From Azolla caroliniana (lineage: Eukaryota; Plantae; Polypodiophyta), in contig JBHGNT010000002.1 in the NCBI GenBank assembly GCA_043228905.1, positions 4,278,001 through 4,342,000 of the forward strand: 64,000 nt of DNA, in the 5' to 3' direction. The notes below the pieces were generated by a model that did not search any database, was not told where the DNA came from, and saw only the letters and a program-made list of their open reading frames with translations. A program made the translations under genes and the position numbers. The first letter of the stretch is position 1. Each line of letters opens with the position of its first letter. Below are positions 14,535 to 29,300 of the stretch, in pieces.

Positions 14535-14966
14535 ATGCCTGTGTTATTATTGGATGGAGGGGTTGTGAGGGAGTTTTTGGAGGATGGTGAAGCCTTCTCC
14601 GCAGCGATGGGCCGGCGATTTCGACGTGCAGATGTTGACAAAGATTACCTCTTATCACGATCGGAGCTACTCACAGTATTTGAGCATGCACACATACGCT
14701 TAAATTCCTCATCTACATCTCATCTTAACGATGGTAACGGATTTTCGTATGAGTGGGACTTTGGCCCCTTCAACTTTGACAAGAGTGGATTCATAGAGTT
14801 GGAAGAATTTTGCATGCAAATGCGAGCCATCTTTTTGGCCATTGCAGATGGCCTTGGGTTCGTGCCAGTTGAAGTAATAAGCCTAGATGATGGCCTCCTC
14901 CATGACGTTGCGAATTATTACCACCTTCATGATAGTTCTACTCCACAAAACACTCAAGAAAGATAG
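14535..14966 (+). CDS. Small intronless plant calcium-binding EF-hand protein (CCD1-like, two EF-hands), 143 aa
   Basis: Family-typical N-terminus (LLDGGVVREFLEDGEAF), EF loops DVDKDYLLSRSEL and NFDKSGFIELEEF, and C-terminal LAIADGLGFVPV. The loops are partly degenerate. Confidence 0.85.
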   Translation: MPVLLLDGGVVREFLEDGEAFSAAMGRRFRRADVDKDYLLSRSELLTVFEHAHIRLNSSSTSHLNDGNGFSYEWDFGPFNFDKSGFIELEEFCMQMRAIFLAIADGLGFVPVEVISLDDGLLHDVANYYHLHDSSTPQNTQER

Positions 14967-17900
14967 GCAATAGTTCTACATCTTAGGTTCAACTTATAAA
15001 GTCCATCATCCAATGAGGGATCATACTATTAGTGCTTCCACCTTTAAACCCTTGTACGAAAACTAAATGTTTCGTTCTACTGACTTTTAGGTGCTTGTAA
15101 AACTTTTTATGTGTAATAGCAAGAGTCATCCAATTAACTAAGACTTTTAGTATAGCCACTTCCAAGGTATTTATACTAATGTTAAATGAATACTCCACAA
15201 TATCTCTATTACTTGAATATGCATATAATTTATTTACTGAGTTGATTATTTGTTGCTCCAAAAAAGCAAATATTTGTTTTTTTTATTAATTTTTCACCAA
15301 AAATTGTCTTTTGGCCATTTGTTATAGGTGATGTATCCTTAAAAGGCCATATAAGTTTTCGCACCATTTTTCGGCCATTTTAAAACATCAGTCTACTAAA
15401 AATAAAAAAACGCAAGAAGCTCACCCTTCAGAAGGTATAAAAAACTTGAACGTTCTCCATTTTCTTATAGCCTTCAAGTATTAACTTCTCAAACTTAGTG
15501 ATAATCAACTTAAAAGCTTTACTATTATTATAACCTCTAGAATACCTTTAGTCCGGAAACAATTCTAAAGCCTCTAAATTGTTTTTGTAGACTAGCCTCT
15601 AAGGATAAACTCTTATAATACCAATACTAACCATCCATTACCGTCACTAGCCCTTTTTAAAGCACTAATCAATTTTTATACTCTACCATTAGGTATAAGT
15701 TGCAACATGTTAATGATAATTGTTTGTTCCACAATTTATATGAGAACTTAACCACTTCCAAATACTTCTACATATTGGTCGACGAATTCGTCCAAAATGA
15801 ACTTTGGAATATACCATTAAAATTGTGTAGAACATCACACACTTCATTGCCTTACGAAAACTTGAATTATTGACTTGAAGATTGTTGGCAAAAGCATGAT
15901 CTAATTAGAACATTACTGGTTTAAAAAGAACATCAATTACCCACAAAGTTCAAAAACATAATGTAGACCACAAAAATGAAAAAGTTCCAAACACATAATC
16001 TACATACAATTAGGAAAACAACAATGCACAAACTTGAATCTATTTACCAATGTCAACAAATACAATTTCTCGATGCAAATACGCCTTATTAAAAACATAG
16101 TCTAAAGATTGATTAGTTGAAACATGATCTAGAAGTTATGCGAGGTATTGGTGATCGACAACTTTAAATAACTCTATTATTCAATTGTACGGGAAACCAA
16201 AGATTCTCTCGGGAAACATTGCTTTTGCTAGTTGATTGTATAAAACTCCTCTTCAATATTGTGCACTAGAGAATTATCTTGATCGTGACGAGATCCATGT
16301 CCTTTAAACACAATGGCATAATGTATGAGTAATGTTGCAAACTTCCCTTTTAAAGACTTGATTAAAGAGGACAAACATCCCTATAAAGGGCTTGTTTTTT
16401 TCCTGAGAAAATATTGCGTCCCATTAGTTAGGTGAAATGCAAATCAAGTTATGTACACTCTAAGTATCTATAGATACTCTATTGTTTACAGGTCGCTTTC
16501 ATATATATATATATATATATATATTGGCTATTGTTGTGTGACACCTTAGATAAAAAAAGGGGGCCAATTGCTGTCCATATAACAACAAACGGTTGCATGA
16601 CAAAACCTATTATTTTTTAACAATCATCAAAACACAGTTGGCAAGGCAAGTTTTTGAACGCAACTACCATGAATGGCTTGTTTTATTTTAACGCATGTTT
16701 TTTAACACGTTATGTTTAAAAGAGCTCATAAGAGTTATATTTTACATCAAGTTGTCATCACTATGCAAATCTATTGAGAAGTTACCTATTTTTTTAATAT
16801 AAATACAATATTCCCCGTAACCATCAAATACATATAAGTTGCGAACAATCACAAAATATTTGTACACACTTTGCAATAAAAACAATGATAGTATACAATC
16901 CACACATAAGACCACACATAAAACATTTAAAACATGGTTTTGTTATGTCAATTGAAATTATGAAAGGTTTAAATGGAATATACTATAGAAAACTCATATT
17001 GAAATGAAGAACAAATTGCTATATCATATAGTTATAACTTATAAGATAATCAAGAGTTACAAACAAAATGTAAAATGATACATTGGATAAACAAAATGTT
17101 GAGACTTGAACATTTCAGCCTCATGAGTGGAATTTAAGGACTGAGCTTAACCATAGAAGTTGATTTGATGTATTATGTTCTATATTTGTTCATTGTTATC
17201 CTCGTCCAACATTACCCGCTTTGTTGGGAGCACATGCAACAATAATCACATCTTCATTTCCTAACCCCCTTAATTTCCTCGGTTGCCAACAATGCAAGCA
17301 TAGGTTCCATTGATCTACCACAAACTTCTCTTTGTTACCTTTCGTCATATCTGCACCTATTGACTATTGATCTTCATGATTCCTCAACATCTATGTCCAT
17401 CGTTTGAATGAAGTTTGTTGGTATTATAACCATCTCTACAATAATGAAAGGTCGAAACTTCTTTAAAGCACAAAACAGTTGTGCTTCCTTGTAAAAATGA
17501 AGATTGGTATGAAAACAATATTCATACCTCACAAGTTACAACTAAATAACATGATTATGCGAACTATATATGACTCACCAATCCTCATGTACAAGCCTAG
17601 GATCCAATCATCAAATTGAGGGAAATGTTTTATGTATAGGTTTATCAAACATTTTGACTTTTGATGAGGATTAATTGTTATAGTTGTCCACCGCATATTT
17701 CATTTTCTTTGAGACATAAAGAAAAAAGAAAAAAGTTTGGGAAACTATCATTTATATAATGTGGATAAACTCTTACACGAGAGAATTCGTTGTAATGCTC
17801 TAGAATCATTTAATTGCCCCAATTCATAAATTTGTACCCTAGCACATCTATTATTTATGTCATAAATTGATCTCAGTTTAAAGAAAGGATATCCTTACAA

Positions 17901-18781
17901 TTGCTACCAACACAACTTATTACTAATTAGTGACACATGTTTTTCATAAGGTGTATCACTTAATGACATTGACAATGCACGATGCATGGGATGTTGCATT
18001 GTGATGTGTGAAGAGGCATTTGTACTCTACAACATGTCTCGTGTCGTTTTTAAAAATATATAAAGAAAGGGGGAATTTGAATCCATGTTTCTTCATTTCT
18101 GTCCTCTTGTCGTTGTTTCTCTTAGTTCTTTTGTTATCGGTCCCCTAAAGAGAACTCGAGTGAAATCCATAAGGACCTCAGACATATGTGAACACATGAC
18201 AATATGGGAACCTAAGAAATTAAAGGGATTAGAGAACCCCTTCAACATGACATCTCAAATAAATTGTTGATACTCTACCTTGTATTTTGGATCAACCAAC
18301 CGGCGAAGTTCCTACATATAAGACAAAGACCATTTGATCATATATGATAATGTCGGGGTTTTGTGCTCATCTCTTGACCTTTTGTTAGGGGTGTTCAATG
18401 TGGTTAGGAACCCTTGTTCCATTCTTTTTATCAATAATATAAAATCATAACAATACTTTTGTCACATTTTTTGTTGGGCTTTGTTCAAAATCTTTGTGTT
18501 TTACACTCCCTATCATATGAAGGTAGTCATGTACTACCTTATAGAATAGGGAGTCTATGCTAGATTGGAGTTGGATGAGAAATGCATTCTTGGTTTATGG
18601 TTTCCACGAAGCATGTCAATGGAAGTGAATGATAAAAGAAAATTTGATTGGGCAATCTTAGCGATCAAGCTTTATAGCCTTTAGAGGGGTTGCATTTATG
18701 TTAGCTAGTCCTAGAACATCCTAGAAGGTTTATCTTGCCATAAAATCCTCACGCTTATAGAAATATCAAGAAGTTTATTAT

Positions 18782-19058
18782 TATAGTAGATAGATAAATA
18801 GATTTTATGATCATCCTTGGAGGTCAAATATGACCTATGGGACCTATAGATTGAGAGAGAGAAGGAAGATGACGATGAAGAAGAAGTGCATTCATGTCGC
18901 TAACGATGCCAATGTCATCTATGTATAGTAGATAGATTGCTATAGCTTTTATTATCATCCTTGGAGGTCAAATATGTATGATCTATCTTACCTAGAGAGA
19001 GAGGAAGAGGAAGAGTATGGGAGGAAGAAGTGCATTAATGTCTCTTAAGAGGCCATTG
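18782..19058. repeat. Tandem duplication, ~142 bp unit x2
   Basis: tatagtagatagat...atcatccttggaggtcaaatatg...gaagaagtgcatt occurs at ~18782 and ~18924. Confidence 0.8.
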
Positions 19059-19837
19059 TAGGTTGTAGCCTATAAAATTTATGTAGGGTTCCCATTTGTT
19101 TGCTTGTTTGAGAAACAAATATTAACAAACCCCTAATAAAAGGAGAAGTAAAGATGGTTCAATATGACCTACCCCAAAGCCCAATGAGACATCTCATCTT
19201 CATTTTACCATGAAGTTTGAGGAGTCTGATCCGAGACATGTTCGTGTTTCACAACGAACAGTTCTTAGTTTTCCATGAGAGTGTATGTCTCAATCTTCTC
19301 CCACATGGTCACGAGAGCCACCTCATATCACCAATGAGTCATCAAATCTCTTCAATTTGACCCCTTCAACACAGCTTCATTGGCCTATCATTTGTTCTCT
19401 ACTTGGGTTATATGTGAGTTGTTGTGGGTCATGTAGTATGGGGATCAAGCAAAATAAGGTTTGATTGCGCAACGTTTGTTCTGATTGGGGGTGGGAGTGC
19501 ATGGTATTGCAATAAAGCTGTTACATAATTGTGAAGTTCTATGACACGGGAACTGGACCACTCCTGGTTTGGGAATTGCATGGCTTGGTGTAATGGTCTA
19601 ACACCCCCCCTCTTTCGAAACAGACAATGGCACTTCAATCTTGGCACGAACAATGGCACTTTGGCTCACACATCATACATAATATTACAACCCATCTTTA
19701 CAAACATAATGTTATGTCGACTCTCTGCTCTCGACTCGAACATTTGGCACGTTCAGTAATCTGCCATTCGCTCGCATCTACGAGTGTCTAGATTGAGGCA
19801 ACGTGAATGTGTCCGATCATTAATATTCGATCGATCC

Positions 19838-19913
<76 letters not shown>

Positions 19914-20100
19914 AGAGGGTCACACTCGGTGTCCGATCGTTAAGATTTGGCCGATCAATCGATCAATCGACGAAAGAAAGGATTGTTAAGATTCAATCGA
20001 TCGATCGATCAATCGATGTGTCGGAGAGATTCCGGATCGTTAAGATGTGATCGAAAACTATTGAACCGACCAATCGAACTTATCGATCAATCTGTCAAGA

Positions 20101-20136
<36 letters not shown>

Positions 20137-20304
20137 CACTCTGATGCCCGATTCGATTGATCCCATGGTGTCCTTGGGTCCCATCCATGACTCAGAAAAT
20201 TTATTCTGCAGAGCTTTTTTTACCTGCAATATTACAAATTTGAACTTGGCGAAGAAGAAGGCGAAGAAGCAACCATAGCATAGCCGTTGTGTGGCGAAGA
20301 AGAA

Positions 20305-20345
<41 letters not shown>

Positions 20346-20348
20346 AGC

Positions 20349-23300
20349 ATGTGTGGAAGAGCTCGTTGCACCGTCCGACCTGAAGAAATCTCTGCTTCCT
20401 GTGGCCTCAAAGCACCACTCAAATCCATACAATCTGAACGGTATGTAACTCTCTCTCTGTGTGTTTGTAATCTTTTCTTTTTCTTCATCAGTGTTTAGGG
20501 TTTCTGATCATGAATTGAAACACTCCCTGCTTCTCATTTTCTATCTGTAAAATAAAAAATCTTTATATAAAATTAGGATTTCTAATCGTGAATCCTCATC
20601 TCTTTCTTTCTGTGTATAATCTTTCTTTTCTGCAATCGTTGTTAGGGATATTTGATCTGTATATCCAGACTCTCTCTGTCTCTCTCTCCCTCAGTTTGGT
20701 CTAATAGGTCATATTTGACCTCCGAAGACGATAATATAATCTATCTATCTCTTTGCAATTTTTCTGTTTTGGATGAATTGATTATTTGTAAAATTTCCCA
20801 AAATAGCACATATAATTGTTATTTGGAGTTCAACCAATGACTTTTGCTGAAATAGAAAAACTGAAGGGCGTTGAGGTAAATAAAAGAAAACCCAGGGATG
20901 TGTGGGAATTTTTGGATTAAGGTTATATATTTTTGAATATCTCCCCATGCAAAGTGATGGGATTGAGTTTACGATGGACATAACATCAGTTCCAATGTTA
21001 TGGATGGTGGATTTCATTAGTTTTAATCAAGGGATGGTCAAGGGAAAGGAGAAAGGTAAACATTCAATCCTCTCTTAACTTGTCTCCAGATGGGCATGTA
21101 AATTTCATGGATACTGCAAAGGATGTTAATAATTGATGTCCTGACGTTCTTGTTTAACAAGATGAAATACCATTAATGTGTTTTATGATGCCTCAAAAGG
21201 TAGCTAAATTCCTATAGAATGTGCCACTGGATGGACAGGAAAGTTCATAAGAAGAAGAAGGGAAATTAGAGAAGAGAGGAAAATTAGAAAGATTTTGGAG
21301 GATTGATCTTTCCAGAAACCTCTGCTGGTATTGTGGATGTATTGTCTTCTTACAATTACATTTAAGCTAAGATTCAATCTGAGGATAAATGGCTCTAAAT
21401 CTTCAACTTTTGCGAAAGAAGTAAATCAGAAAGAGGATAGTATCAAGGTCATTTCTTTGTAGCAAACATGCTGAATTTTGGTTTATCACTGTGGAAACCC
21501 TTGTCAATATTCCAGCTGCATCCCTTGCAATTATGTCAGATCTGAGCTAAGATTCAAGGTACGAATAGAGGTTTCTGCAATCTTTAATTTACTAAATAAG
21601 CCAAAGATAAAAGAGGCCATTATCAATGTAATTACAATATTTTTTTCCTCAGATTGTAAGTTGAACAAGAACGTTGGATCTGTAGATAGTGTTTCAAACA
21701 TAAGTCTTTGAAAGCATCTTTGATTGGGATCAGATAAGAGATAAGTAAAAGTGGCATAAGGGTCTACTACTTACATCAAGAGTCTTAGAGCTCTGAATTT
21801 TCCCATTTTTGAATTGACTCTTGCCCTCTTCATGTAAGTGGCAGAAAACCGTATGCATCCTTTACTTATCTCCTGTCTCAGTCCAATCAGGGATCTTTTC
21901 AAAGACTTAGGTTTGGAATACTATCAACAGATCCAAAGATTCTATTCAACTTGCAATATGAGAAGAGTTTGGTCGAAGCAATGTAATGGTCTTAATATTG
22001 TCCTTTTTTGTGTTGAAATCTAGTTTATAAAGTCCGCTATACGCAAGTTGAATCTTAGCTTAATCTGATATAGCAATAAGGAGATTCTAGGTAAAATACT
22101 GACCTCAGTTTCTATGGAGAGTGACCAACCCAAAATCAATCTGTTTGCTGCATTGAAATGACCTTGATGATGCCCTCTTTTGTCTTTGACTTCTTCAGCA
22201 AAGTTGAATCTCATAGAGCTTCTATCCTCAGATGAAATCTTCGGGAGATGCCTCTAAAATACTGACAGGAATTTCTGTGGTGACCAACCCCCGAAATCCA
22301 ATTGGTTTTCCTCTCTTGTCTAATTTTCCTTCTTCTTTTTGTGAGCTCTCTCCTTTTCACCTAAAATTCTCTTCGTACATCGCTACAGTTCCCATGTTGG
22401 TTCAGTTTATTCTATTTTCCTCCCCCACATGCTTTGTAATGGAGTTCTCCCTAAATAGCCATTGGGGTTTGTTTTTGGCAGGAGACATTGGAAAAATTCG
22501 CCAATGACACACTCTCCAGGTATTTAGCCATCCTTGAAGGCATCATAAAACACATTAATATTATTTTATATTGTGAATCAATAATGCTACAACAACGTAT
22601 GAAAAGGATGCCAATGCCCACATAACAATGTTGAAACCATAGGAAAATCACATCAACCTCTCTCAGGACAGAATTGCGTCCAGATCCACGTCATGAACTG
22701 AACTGTATGATCAAGTGTGTACTTTTGATACTCCTTTTCATTACACATACAAAGCTTCAAGCATCACTGCCAACAACCTTGGTTTTACAAGGGAATTATT
22801 TCTAGATGTGGTTTAGCCATGGGAAGCAAATGAGAGAGAACTTAAGGGACAACTCTACCTCAGTGATTGAGCTAAGGGGTAACTCCTGCATAAAACATAT
22901 TTTGTCATAAGACTGGCTTTGAAAGACCAACTGAGATGGACATAAGCCTTCAATAAATCTAATTGTTATAGCAATCTCTTAGCCATATTCATTGGTATTG
23001 TTTATGGCCATCTCTATGCTAAAAAATATTAATTCAGATTTCTTTTCCTGAATAAAACCATAGCCATTAGGATGCATCAAGAAAAGAAGATACTCATGTG
23101 GCTGTTGACAATGACTTTCATATAAGCTTTTAAAAGAAGAAACCCATTACTTAAATAGTTTGCTATTGATTAAAGAAGGAAGATAATGGAACTTTCCGAA
23201 AATGTTCGATAAACCGACCTTCCAACGAGTTGGGCATTTCATCATTGTGCTATACCTGTTAAAATAGCAGACTGAGAGCAATCTTCAACAATCTGTAAAT

Positions 23301-26300
23301 TTCTGAATGCTTTTTTAGCTCATTCATAACACCATTTCATCCTAACTTTTTTACAGCTGGAGGATGATAAGCACTAGCTTTGTTTCATCCTCTGTAAAAT
23401 CATCTTCCAAATAACTGGAAACTTGCCTAGAATGTTGGCATATAGGGCTAAAAATCTGTGAAAAATGATCAATGCGCTTCTTCATAATGAATGAACTAAA
23501 CGGGCTTTCCATCAACACATAGTCTAGACACATTGTACCTGGCATGTGAAGAATGCAACAATTGGTAGAATGCATAAGTCTGACTGTCATTATCCATCAA
23601 TGATAATTGTAGTCTAAAACTTCTTTTCTATTGATAATTATGTCTTTCTGTATTTCTATACATGGTGAATTCATATTTTAGGAAAATTTTGTTTAACCAA
23701 TAGTTCCAGTTCATTTTCTTGTCATTTGGCACCACCAACTGGGATGCAACAGATACTGGATGTATCCGTGCACTGTCTTTAAAGCTTTCATCCATCATAC
23801 TATGCATTTCTCTTTGTTCATTTTTATTTATGAATGTATTTTTTTGTTGTTCTTTATCATATGATGTATTGCTCCTTGGCCATCTAGGATGGTTTTTGAT
23901 GAATCTACATTTTCTGTAGTAGTTATTCAGATATTTCACTTGTCTTTACAGATATACAACTCATATAAATTGCCTTTACAGGTTTTGTCCGTCATACAAT
24001 GTATCACCAGGTTCCTACATGCCTGTAGTGCGTTATCATCAAGAGGAAGACAGCAAATGTCTCGTTGTTCACTACATGAAATGGGGTCTGGTTCCAAGTT
24101 TTACCAAAAAAAGTGAGAAGCCAGATCATTTCCGAATGGTAGTTTTAACTTGTCCCTTTGTCAATTGTTTTTCTCTCCTTTCCATCTATCATCGAGATAG
24201 TACTATTTTCTCAATGTTAATGGTGCAGTATGCATATGTAATCTTTCTTTTTAACAGTTTCCAATACCTTTTTGTTTCTCAAAGAATGGGCGAACACAAG
24301 TGGTGTGTTAGGCTTGTCCTCCCAACCTTAGAACATGCCTTTGTATACTAACCCTTCACAAAGGTTACTGTGCATGTCCACCCCTATGTTCACTCAACAA
24401 TATGGTTGTACACTCACACTGGGGGCAACTTGTAATGACCTCATGATGGTTACAGTTGTGACATAAAGTCCCCTGTGAAGAATCAATCATCGTCCTCAAA
24501 AAAAGTTTGGGGCATTTTACGACACATGCATAGGATTTTGTCTTTGTTTGAAGTTTCAACTATTCTCAAACTCTATATGCTACATATATATTGTGACACA
24601 TGCACATCACAATATTATAGAGGGTAACAATCGGCAACAGTTTGGTTTAAGAGGGTCAAAGCCGAAACGGTTTGAAACTGAACCGTTTAAATTTTTTGAA
24701 ACCTGAACATAACCGAACCGAACCTTTTATTTGATGATACCTAGAGTTGTTTCTTCCTGTACTTCTGAATTGTCTCATTGGCTGGCTTGTGATTCTACTA
24801 GGGATTCCTATTGATGGTCAAGTAATGGTCAAACGTCACATTTATTTGCAAGCGTTTCATTTCTATTTATGGTTAGTAAGGTTGTTAGGTACGGTACGGA
24901 TACCATGCGTATATAACGTATTAATACCTGTATAGTACGTCCCAATTTAAAAATATGTTAAATACGTTTTCTTAATATGTTAAATACTTATAAAATACGT
25001 ATTTTACGTATAGTACGTTAAATACTTCTAAAATTTGAAAATTATTTACCTTTCCAAAAAATATCTATAATATTGTAAAAAACATCTCTGTTTACACAAT
25101 TTTGTGATGTACAATATAGTTCTACATCCTAAAATGTATATAAGACATTTGAACATTTCACATCCTAAAATACTTGTAGTAATATGGATGTCGACATTCC
25201 CTTATTGTATAAATTAGTGTAAGTGTGTATCACGATGTTCTACTTCAAATTGTAATTATTTACAATTATGCCTTCATTATTCATAGATTGAGGAATAGTC
25301 TACGATTATCACTCTCATGATAGGTTTCTCTTTTCTTTGTTTTCTTCTATCTTTTGCGATTATCACACTTAGAGTCAGGACAGGTTTATGTCTTCTTTTC
25401 TCTCTTCTTCTTCATCTTCTTCATCGTCATCTCTTCTATTCTTCTTTCTTCCTTCCTTTGGTTTCTTTTTCACTAAAATCTATTTTTTCTTTTGCTTTTT
25501 GTTGGGGTTTTACTTACATTTTCTTTTTATAAATACGTATTATACCTGTTTTTTTATAAATACGTTAAATACCGTATTGGACAAATGTACATGATATTTG
25601 ACTGAACAACATTGAGGTATAGTATGTACCATAGATTGACCCATGCGTGAAATTCGTAATATTCGACATCCGTAATATTCATAAAATTCGAGAATACAAA
25701 ATGACCCCAAGAATATTACAGAACCATTCGTTTATTTATTTATTATTTAAAAAAATAATTTTATATATTATATATAAAAATATTATTAGTCTAAGGTCCC
25801 CTTTTTAATGTCAAGAGAGTAAAAAGTGGGGAATTAATGAACCTTTTATTTATTATTTATTTATTTATTAAAAATAAAACAAATAGTTTAAAGTTTTTCA
25901 TCTATTATAAGAATATTATTAGTGTGAGGTCCCCTTTTTAATGTGAGATAAAAATATAAAATTTTGTGAGAACCTTTTATTTATTCTATTTATTTTACAT
26001 AAATTTTATTTATTGTTTGTTTTATTAAAAATTAAAACATATACATCTAAGTTTGATAAATATTATAAAAATATTATTAGTGTGAGTTCCCCTTTTTAAT
26101 GTGAAATAAAAATATGAAATTTATGGGAACCTTTTATTTAGTTAATTTATTTACATATATTTATTTATTTTTCGTTTTATTAAAAAATAAAATAAATACA
26201 TTTAAGTTTTATATATATTATAAAAATATTATTAGTATGAGGTTCCCTTTTAATAACAGATAAAAATATCAATTTTTGTGGGAGAGTAAAGTGGGAAATT

Positions 26301-29300
26301 AATGAACCTTTTATTTATTATTTATTATTTTTTTATATTTATTAAAAAAAAAATACTTTTAACTTTTAAGTTTTCTATTTATTATATAAAAATATTATTT
26401 ATTGTAAGCCTCCTTTTTAATGTCAAGTTAAATATCCCATATTTAATGTGAAAATCTCTTTGTTATATGATATATATATTAGAAACTAAAAAGAAGGAAC
26501 TCTTTTTTTTTCTTTTTTTTTAACGAATATTTTTTCATGTATTCTTATACGTATTTGTATGTATTCGTATGGTAACCCCCACGAATGCGAATATGTCAAT
26601 CTATGGTACGTACTATACAAATGATGAGGTACTATACGTATTTAAACGTTAAATACGGGTACGTAAACAACCATGATGGTTAGACATTGCATTCATTTTG
26701 CTTTTTACTTATCAATAGCCTTTAATTGACTCTTAAAGATTTTAATGTTTTTGTGCAAAAGCATTTGAACTTTTCATGACAAATCTGCGCAGTTCAATGC
26801 TCGATCGGAATCAGTGCATGAAAAGGCTTCCTTCCGTAGGTTGCTGCCTAAGTGTCGATGTCTTGCAATTGCTGAAGGGTATACTTTTTTCTTTGCTATT
26901 ATGTTGAGTTATAAGTGTGGCACATGTGAGACCAGCTCTTGGGAATTTTGATTTTGATTTTGATTAAATTTTTTTTTTCATTCATGAAGTATTAGGAAAT
27001 GTTCAGGAATTATTACCAGTTTCTTGGAATTTCATAGGAATGGCCACGTTTTATTTGTTTTTCCCTTATGAATACTTCCAACTGGCAACTAATTCAACAT
27101 CTATCCTGCATCTTTGGGAATGGGGGTACCTTTTTGCCAAACAGTGGATGATGAAATTCTCATTACTATTTCACCTTCACTTCCCAGGTTTTATGAGTGG
27201 AAAAAGGATGGTACACAGAAACAACCATACTATATCCACTTTAAGGATGGACGTCCTCTTGTCTTTGCTGGTCTATATGACTGTTGGACAAATAGTGAAG
27301 GTATTGATGCTCAACTTATCTCCATATCATGTGACTTTATTGTACATACTTGTTGACTATTCTGAAAATTTATAGATGACTTCCGAAAATATTAACAATC
27401 ATTGATGTCTTTGTCCTTTCAGATGTTCTTTTAAGGATTGATTGCTAATATATTTGTTCTGATAAACAAAACAGGTGAAGTCCTTCATACTTTCACAATA
27501 TTAACGACACAGTCTTCTAAGGCGTTAGAGTGGCTACATGGTAAGATAATTGCTTTATTACACATTGATATTATCAATAGAAATAAGTTTTTTCTAACAA
27601 AGATTCTGTAAGAAAGAATTTTTTTTGTTTCTTTTCAAATTAGGAGATACAACATATTTGAGCTCTTAGTGCACAACTTGTTATTGTTTTAAAGAGACAT
27701 AGGGAGCTCCAATTGCCCTTGAAAAAGTTTTCCTCATTTGATCTATACCCTTTGTGCCTTTTAACATAAGAGTGGTGGCTTCTCTAGAGTAATTACATGT
27801 AATGCACCCACTCTTTGCATCGAAAGATAAATATATGTTCATTTTTGAATCTCCAAAAAATTGGGCATAAAACAATCACTCATGTGAAGAGTCCATTCAT
27901 GCAGTGTATGTGAGGCCAGCATATTCTTGGCTTATAAGGGTATATGAGAAGTAAACAGAAAATATTATCAACAATCTACATATTCAAGTGATTGAATATT
28001 TTGGGAAAGCATTTTTAGAGGGGAATTGGCAAGCAATAATGTCTGGTTGGCACTGAGCACTTAAGCCATCATAAAAGATAAAATTGTATGTTCTTATATG
28101 GTGTGTTATAAGATAAAACAAGAATTAGCACTTCCCTTTCATGTAAATCGAGATACAACAAACCTCTGATGGGCTCCTTACTGAAAATCCACCACCTCAT
28201 TTTAATTTATAGACTATACGAGCAGCATTAAGAGAAAAGAGAGATATCCATAAAACTTTTATTTTCAGTTAAGTTTTCCAGCATAGTCATGCTGAATATT
28301 AGGCTCCCGATAGGGTGGGTGGCTAATGTGTAGTGACACTTCATACTAAACATATTTGCATTCTGATTTAATGATTATGGACAAATATTTGAAACCAGAA
28401 GTAACGTACACTATTCTCTTGATGATATAAAGCAAAGGGCCATTCGATAGTGGCCTTGTTGTTAGGGTGTGTAGCATTGGTACCTTTGAAATTTCTAGCA
28501 AGTTACAAGCTATTAAATACGTGGACAATGTTCTTGGAAATTTCAATTGTGTGGCTGAGCCTTTATGGTTCTGTCATTTCCACATTGACTGTGCACGTGT
28601 CTTAAGCAATCCCCATTATCACGTAATATCCTATTTTCACCCATTATCTCGAGTTTGCCTTTCTTTTATTAATGCCCAGAGAACACTTGCATATTGGATT
28701 TGTCTCATTGTGAGATCTTAAAGGATTCCATCATTTCATGCTGCACAGGAGTATGTGAGCCTTGAGCAACCCATCATCTTGACATTAGCATTCTTCTATT
28801 CATGCCCAGAGAACAATTGCATATTGGATTTGTCTCATTGTGAGATCTTTAAGGATTCCATCATTTCATGCTGCACAGGAGCATGTGAGCCTTGAGCAAC
28901 CCATTATCTTGACATTAGCATTCTTTTATTCATGCTCAGAGAACACTCGCACATTGGAATGCTCTGATTGGACATTTTAGTCCAATTAAGAAGAGATTGG
29001 GTCGATTCAGCACATCGCGAATGAAGGCGTGATGTAATTGAGTTATTGGAGATGGTTTGAAAAAGTTTTAGTTGGGCTTATCACGTTCTTGACAGAAACT
29101 ATATACCTTTGTACCATCTTAGTCATCTAAGATTCTTTAATGTGTGAAATTCCATTAGTTTTGTCATTTGCAAGGGTGGTAATACATTTCTACTAGGTAT
29201 ATCCATTTCGAATTTCTATTTTCTATATAAGCTTATCATCCGTCTGCTGTTGAGCTGCTATTAGAAAGTGAAAATGCCCCAACAACTTCATGTTTTCTCT

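Noticed and set aside
14989-15700. Possible hAT transposase dimerisation-domain remnant
   Set aside because: Only faint motif resemblance, with stops; cannot be supported without a search.
17150-17700. Exon-like degenerate coding fragments on the minus strand
   Set aside because: No recognisable domain or continuous frame; left unannotated.
20245-20257. CTT(N7)AAG SOG1-type motif ~100 bp upstream of the HMCES ATG
   Set aside because: The AAG half comes from a (GAA)n repeat, so a chance match is likely.
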